Shown piece after piece: positions 58,603 to 64,000 of a stretch of DNA of 64,000 nt; position 1 is the stretch's first letter, and the number at the start of each line of letters is the position of its first letter. The notes under the pieces were generated by a model. That model saw only the letters and a program-made list of their open reading frames with translations. It did no database searches and had not been told where the DNA came from. A program made the translations under genes and the position numbers. The DNA is from Rhizodiscina lignyota (lineage: Eukaryota): contig ML978127.1 of assembly GCA_010015805.1 (NCBI GenBank), positions 1,674,001-1,738,000 on the forward strand, read 5' to 3'.

Positions 58603-60102
58603 ATGGGGTTACTACCTTTCCACGACAAAGAATCTGTCGTGCCCTTCTTTCTGGATGGCAAGCAAATCATTCCAGACTCTGGTTCCCCCAGAACAACATT
58701 TCCAGTCATCAGCGCGGCGTCCAACCAACCAGTCCACTACGCGCTCAACGCCACAATCGACGACGTGAACGCCGCGACCGCATCCTCTGGTCGAGCATTT
58801 CAGTCATGGAAACGCACTCCACCACAGGTTCGAAAGGCAATCATTGAAAAGACGGCTGAGATCATCGAACGCGATTCTGAAGAGTTTGTGCGTCTGAATA
58901 AACTGGAGTGTAGCGCCACGGACATGTGGGCGCGCCATGGCCTCGGAATTGTCAAGACGTACTTAAAAGAGATCGCGATGCAGACCTCAAACATTCACGG
59001 CACTATCCCGATGAATGAGAACCCGGATGCAATGAGCTTCGTATTCAAACAACCCGTGGGTCCTGTGTTATGTATTCCGCCATGGAATGCAGCGCTCGTA
59101 CTTTCAGTGAGAGCGATGGCAATGGCGATTGCTGCGGGCTGCACGGTCGTGCTGAAGGCGAGCGAGCTGTGTCCGGCTACGCACCAGAAGATTGTGGAGA
59201 CGTTCGCTGAAGCAGGCTTACCGCCAGGCGTGCTGAATAGTCTGCAATGCCGAAGGGAAGATGCCCCTGCGATCACTGAGGCGCTCATCGCAGATAAGAA
59301 CATCCGAAAAGTCGAGTTCATCGGGAGTGCGAATATCGGGCGCATTATTGGAGCAACTGCGGCGAAGTATCTGAAGCCGGTGCTGATGGAGCTGGGAGGG
59401 AAGTGCCCTGCAATTGTGTTGGAGGATGCTAATCTGGAACAAGCCGCAAAATTCGTTGCGATGGGCGGTAAGCTACTCTTTTGTCGTTGGTCGGCTTAAA
59501 AAGTGCTAACGTGAGAAGCCTTATTCAATCACGGTCAGATCTGCTTCTCGACTGAGCGAGTTTTTGTACAGGCCAGTATCTCAGAGAAGTTCAAGAAAAT
59601 ACTTGCCGAGGCATTCAAGAATGCTGCATCTCCAGATGAAATGGCTGTGAGCAAAGGTATTGCACAGCACGCCGTCGATGTCCTTGAGGATGCGAAAGCC
59701 AAAGGAGCGGAGTTCCTTATCGGGGGTACGGATTTCGGTCAGGTGCCATCTCTGAAGCCAGCGATCATTCTAGAGCCCAAAAAGGACATGCGGATCTTTG
59801 ATGAAGAGACTTTTGGACCCAGCGTCAGCTTGTACACGTTCCAAACGGACGAGGAGGTCATCGCAAAGGCAAACGACTCCATGTATGGCCTCAATGCCGT
59901 CATCCATACGAAGAATTTGGAGCGCGGGCTCCTCATGGCGAAGGAGTTGGAGTACGGGCAGGTCCATTTCAATATCATGTCCGTTTATGTCAGTCCTTTT
60001 GGGCCACAAGGCGGTGTCAAAGGGTCTGGATGGGGACGCCAGAACGCAATTTGGGGCTTAGATCAGTTTTTGCAGACAAAGTTCTGCAGCTGGCGCATAT
60101 AA
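58603..60102 (+). CDS. Aldehyde dehydrogenase (salicylaldehyde/vanillin dehydrogenase-like)
   Basis: Intron 59468-59518. Motifs 'IPPWNA', 'LKASELCP', 'FIGS', 'MELGGK', catalytic 'NHGQICFSTER', 'EETFGP' and 'GGVKGSGWGR'. Confidence 0.93.
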
Positions 60103-60214
60103 AATTAACGCGCAACAACCCAGGGATTAAAAGTCTGCATCACTCAACTACAATCCAAACCAGTAAACAAACTTACAGAAGCGTTGCTTGTGCCTGGTGT
60201 ACTGCAAATATACT

Positions 60215-61743
60215 CTACACCTTCAATCCGGTTTTGCCACCCTCAAAATCGTCCAAATCGTACTCAGCCGGATATCTCTCTACCATCTCCCACAAATGCT
60301 GCATCTGCGCCTTTTGCTCCTCTGTCAACTCTTCGTACACGCCATCAAATGCATACTTCAATGAAGGCCTCTTCTCCTTCTCCGCCTTCGCAAACGCCCC
60401 TAGAACTGCCTTTCGGATCTTGCTTCTCTCGTCCTTCTCTTTCGCGTCATCCCATATACCCTTATGCTCCATATACTTTCTTAGCCTGACGATCGGATTG
60501 TCGCGGCGCTTCCAATCTTCTACTTCGACACGTGCTCGGTACGCGAACGAATCGTCCGAGGTAGAGTGATGCGAGACGCGGTAGCTCATCGCCTCGATCA
60601 AGATCGGTTTCCCACCGTTTTCGAGCGCCAGTTCCTTCGCTTTGGCTGTCACCTCTCTCACAGCGAAGATATCGTTTCCATCGACACGGATCGTATCGAT
60701 GCCGTATCCTACACCTCTCGATGCAATGCCGTCTCCCCGGTACTGCTCCAGGGTCGGGGTAGAGATAGCGTAGCCGTTGTTGCGGCAAATGAAGAGAACC
60801 GGACACGAGCGGGTCGCAGCGATGTTGAGAGCAGCATGAAAATCACCCTCGCTTGCAGCGCCTTCGCCAAAATAGCACGCTACGACTCGTGGTTTCGAAT
60901 TAGGATCCTGGAGGCGCTGAAGTTTGAGAGCATATGCGGCGCCCGAGGCGTGTGGCAGTTGGGTTGCAAGAGGGGAAGATATGGAATGAATGTTTAGCTC
61001 CTTGCTACCGTAATGGACAGGCATATTGCGACCAAGACCGAGGTCTTTCTTGTTGGCAAAAAGCTGATTCATGAAGCTATCCAGTGTGAAACCGCGTTCC
61101 TGGAATACGCCAGTCTCGCGGTACTGGGCAAATATTACGTCCTCCAGGTCAAGGGCGGATGCGGAGCCCACTGCAATGCCTTCTTCGCCGGCAGACACCT
61201 ATAAATCTGAAATTATGATCATGTTCTCCAGAAATTCCAGGTGCTAGGAACGACATACCATGTAGAAACTTAGCCGACCTTGCCGCTGTGCATCAAACAT
61301 GATCACGTCCATGATGCTCACTGTCGCGGGTTAGCACGTGACAGGCCTGAAGTTCATTTATGAATTACCCGTCAACATGTCTTTGTACCATTTGATCATC
61401 TGCTCATCAGAGACATCTGGAGGACCCCTGTTCTTGTCTACTATGACACCATCTTGATCCATGATACGATATGTCGGCATAGCGTTCTTCTCTTCCGCTC
61501 GTACGAAATCAAGCGTGCTAGTGAACTTGCTGTCTACTGCGCCAGGGAAGTGAACACTACATTCATCAGTGAATAGCTTACTCATACGAATTAGAAGTCA
61601 TACCGATCTGAGCCTGGCCGTTGCGACACTGAGCTCCATCTCTTGAAGCATTTTGCCCCTTGACATCGCTGTGCTCCTTCACGCCCGAACGTCGCTCTGT
61701 TCGTAGATAGCCATAACCGTCGTGCTCCATGTCGTACACTCAT
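60215..61743 (-). CDS. BCKDHA: Branched-chain 2-oxo-acid dehydrogenase E1 alpha subunit, mitochondrial
   Basis: Introns 61603-61557, 61368-61321, 61258-61199. Motifs 'AQRQGRLSFYM', 'QYRETG', 'GRNMPVHYG', TPP motif 'GEGAASEGDFH...RNNGYAIST' and 'YRVSHHSTSDDS'. Confidence 0.96.
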
Positions 61744-61924
61744 TTTGGCTATTGAATCATTTTGGGAAGTACAGAGGGAGGAACTTGGACGAGACGTAAT
61801 GAGTCGTCGCAGATCCGGGGTTGCTGCGCGCTGCGCTTGAGCCGACGGAAGCCGACCCTGACTTTTGGCTCGACTTCATCTCATCATCAAATTTCTGGGG
61901 AACTACAGCAGCAACGCCACAGCG

Positions 61925-62962
61925 ATGAACGCGCCTCGAATAGCTCTTCGGAGCTTTAGTCGAGCTCAATTGACCTCCAAATCAAGCTTACTAGGTGCCC
62001 GAATACCGTATCGCTGTCTTTCGTGCAGTACTCGCCTTGCGCAGACGCATCAGTTCAGTGCTCAAAATGGCGCAGACGGGGCCCGAACTACCCATTTCGG
62101 ATTTGAGACGATATCTGAAGACTCAAAAGATGACAGAGGTGCAGTCATTTCTTATTTCCTCTTGCATATGGGCTAATGGCTGGTAGTGGGTGCGGTTTTC
62201 TCCTCCGTCGCAGCGTCCTACGATACAATGAACGACTTCATGTCCCTGTACATCCATCGTCTTTGGAAGGACCATTTCGTCCGATCCCTGAATCCTGGTA
62301 TAAACCCCCTCACATCATCGTCCTCGGAACCGCAAGGAATGAATATCCTCGACATCGCTGGTGGAACTGGCGATATCGCCTTCCGCCTCCTCGACCACGC
62401 GACAACCATCCACAATGACCAGACAACACGAGTCACTGTTGCGGACATAAACCCAGATATGCTAGCTGAGGGTAGGAAAAGGTCGTTGGAAACCCCGTAT
62501 GCCAGCACCGGCCGATTAAACTTTATCGAGACGAATGCGGAGAAATTGGACGCGATACCGTCAGATAGTGTCGACTTGTACACCGTGGCGTTTGGTATCC
62601 GAAACTTCACACACAAAGATACAGCAATACGAGAAGCTTTCAGGGTTCTTAAACCCGGCGGCATATTTGCCTGTCTCGAATTCAGCAAGGTGCAGAATCA
62701 GTTGTTTGACGCGGTTTACAAGCGATGGAGTTTCAGCGCAATACCGCTGATTGGGCAAATTGTCGCGGGCGACAGAGATAGCTATCAGTATCTTGTGGAG
62801 AGCATCGAGAAGTTTCCAAGCCAGACGGAGTTCAGAGATATGATAAGAGACGCAGGGTTTGTGATACCTGGTGAAGGGCCGGACGGGGAAGGATACGGTT
62901 GGGAGAATCTGAGTGGAGGCATTGCGGCGATCCATAAAGGCATGAAGCCGATAGGAGCATAG
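61925..62962 (+). CDS. COQ5: Ubiquinone biosynthesis C-methyltransferase Coq5 (UbiE family)
   Basis: Intron 62139-62186. Motifs 'THFGF', 'VFSSVAASYDTMND.MS..IHRLWK', 'LDIAGGTGDIAF', 'YTVAFGIRN', 'RVLKPGG' and 'SYQYLVESIEKFP'. Confidence 0.96.
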
Positions 62963-63733
62963 TCGGTTTGTACTGGAGTGAGTGTACATGATTTTCGTAC
63001 AAGAGATACCCTACTCGAAGTCATTTGTCAATACTGCCTCATTCTCATTCTATCTGCCGTGATGTCCGTGAGTATGCGTTCGATTATACGCGAAACCTCC
63101 TTTGTCAATTTGCAACGTCAGTGATGAGAATGGATTGGATACTGTTTGAAGCTTGCCTTGGATGATGTAAGATACTGGATGGCCGCATGCTATCCTTCGT
63201 TAGTTGGCTATTTCATTTCAGAAGTTAGAGCCTTAATACGCTAACTGTTTAAAGTATCAGGATGCTAGGATGGATTTGTATTTCGTAGTTAGGACGGCTT
63301 TGCAAGCCCTCAAACACGTATATCCATCTGGTCTAACTCATTTGTATTGCCGATAACCGCGGAATTGGACAGATTCGAACAGACCAGTGTGCTAGTGTTA
63401 ATACTCTATGCGAAGGACCTTACATTTCCATGGTCATTCCACGTCGTTGAATTAGGCGGCGTCGTCGAGAAAGTATCTGTTCGATTGTACCCGGAGTCTT
63501 CTCATCCACAACTTGCGAAATCACACATTCGGCTTATCAGCGGAAATTGGCGGCAAACGGGTTTACAACGCACTGTCACAATTGCTAGACCCAAGCACGT
63601 GCTTCAAACGTCACGAGCATCTTTGCCTACCACACAATTTCGTTCTTCAACCACGGCTCTTTTCAACCTCACCTTCAACCTTTACAACAAAGTCAACACC
63701 ACCGCCGTCCAACGTCCACTCCTGTGCGTCGCG

Positions 63734-64000
63734 ATGGCGAGCGGCCCTTCCTTCGAAGGTGATGCGGCGAGCTCATGGCAAAGTCAGTTACCAATACGCG
63801 CTGCCGGAACCACCCCAAACTTCCAAACACCACTTCGGTTCGGATCCGAGCCTGCGCAAGCGGAATTTGACAACGAAAACGACGCGCTCTGTTCTGATGA
63901 TGAAGACTTGTTGAAGGCATGGAGCGAGAAGCTGAACTTGGTGGAGACAACATTCCGCTCTACCACCGACACGCAGCCGATGAACGAGACTCATGGAGTG
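63734..64000 (+). CDS. 5' part of an unidentified gene running off the window end
   Basis: ATG at 63734 after a pyrimidine-rich leader; frame 'MASGPSFEGDAASSWQSQLPIRAAG...' is open to the window edge. Confidence 0.5.
   Translation, partial: MASGPSFEGDAASSWQSQLPIRAAGTTPNFQTPLRFGSEPAQAEFDNENDALCSDDEDLLKAWSEKLNLVETTFRSTTDTQPMNETHGV

Overview
Gene-dense, intron-containing DNA from a filamentous ascomycete (Pezizomycotina, probably a Dothideomycete). Introns are short with GT(R)NG donors, CTAAC/CTGAC branch points and YAG acceptors. I can support about 25 protein-coding genes and one intron-containing tRNA-Pro(AGG). Conserved housekeeping genes are ATG13, cytochrome b5, RAD4/XPC, ENP2/NOL10, MED13/SSN2, BCKDH E1-alpha and COQ5. 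They are interleaved with accessory-looking blocks: a beta-lactamase-family hydrolase, a peroxisomal 4CL-like ligase, a Cys-rich P1B heavy-metal ATPase with a GC-AG intron, an FAD monooxygenase, a CoA-transferase III, a GH92 mannosidase and several uncharacterised secreted or membrane proteins. Three things stand out. (1) A structured tRNA-like Pol III element at ~9.63-9.77 kb is not a canonical tRNA, shares its 3' tail with the tRNA-Pro gene, and sits just upstream of a stop-interrupted (RIP-like) reading frame. (2) A candidate catabolic module comprises an intronless MlrC/M81 metallohydrolase, a divergent sugar porter, an intronless MTHFSD/prokaryote-type 5-formyl-THF cyclo-ligase homologue and an aldehyde dehydrogenase. 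(3) A head-to-head pair of Cys-rich secreted proteins. All family calls come from motif recognition by eye; no database searches were run.
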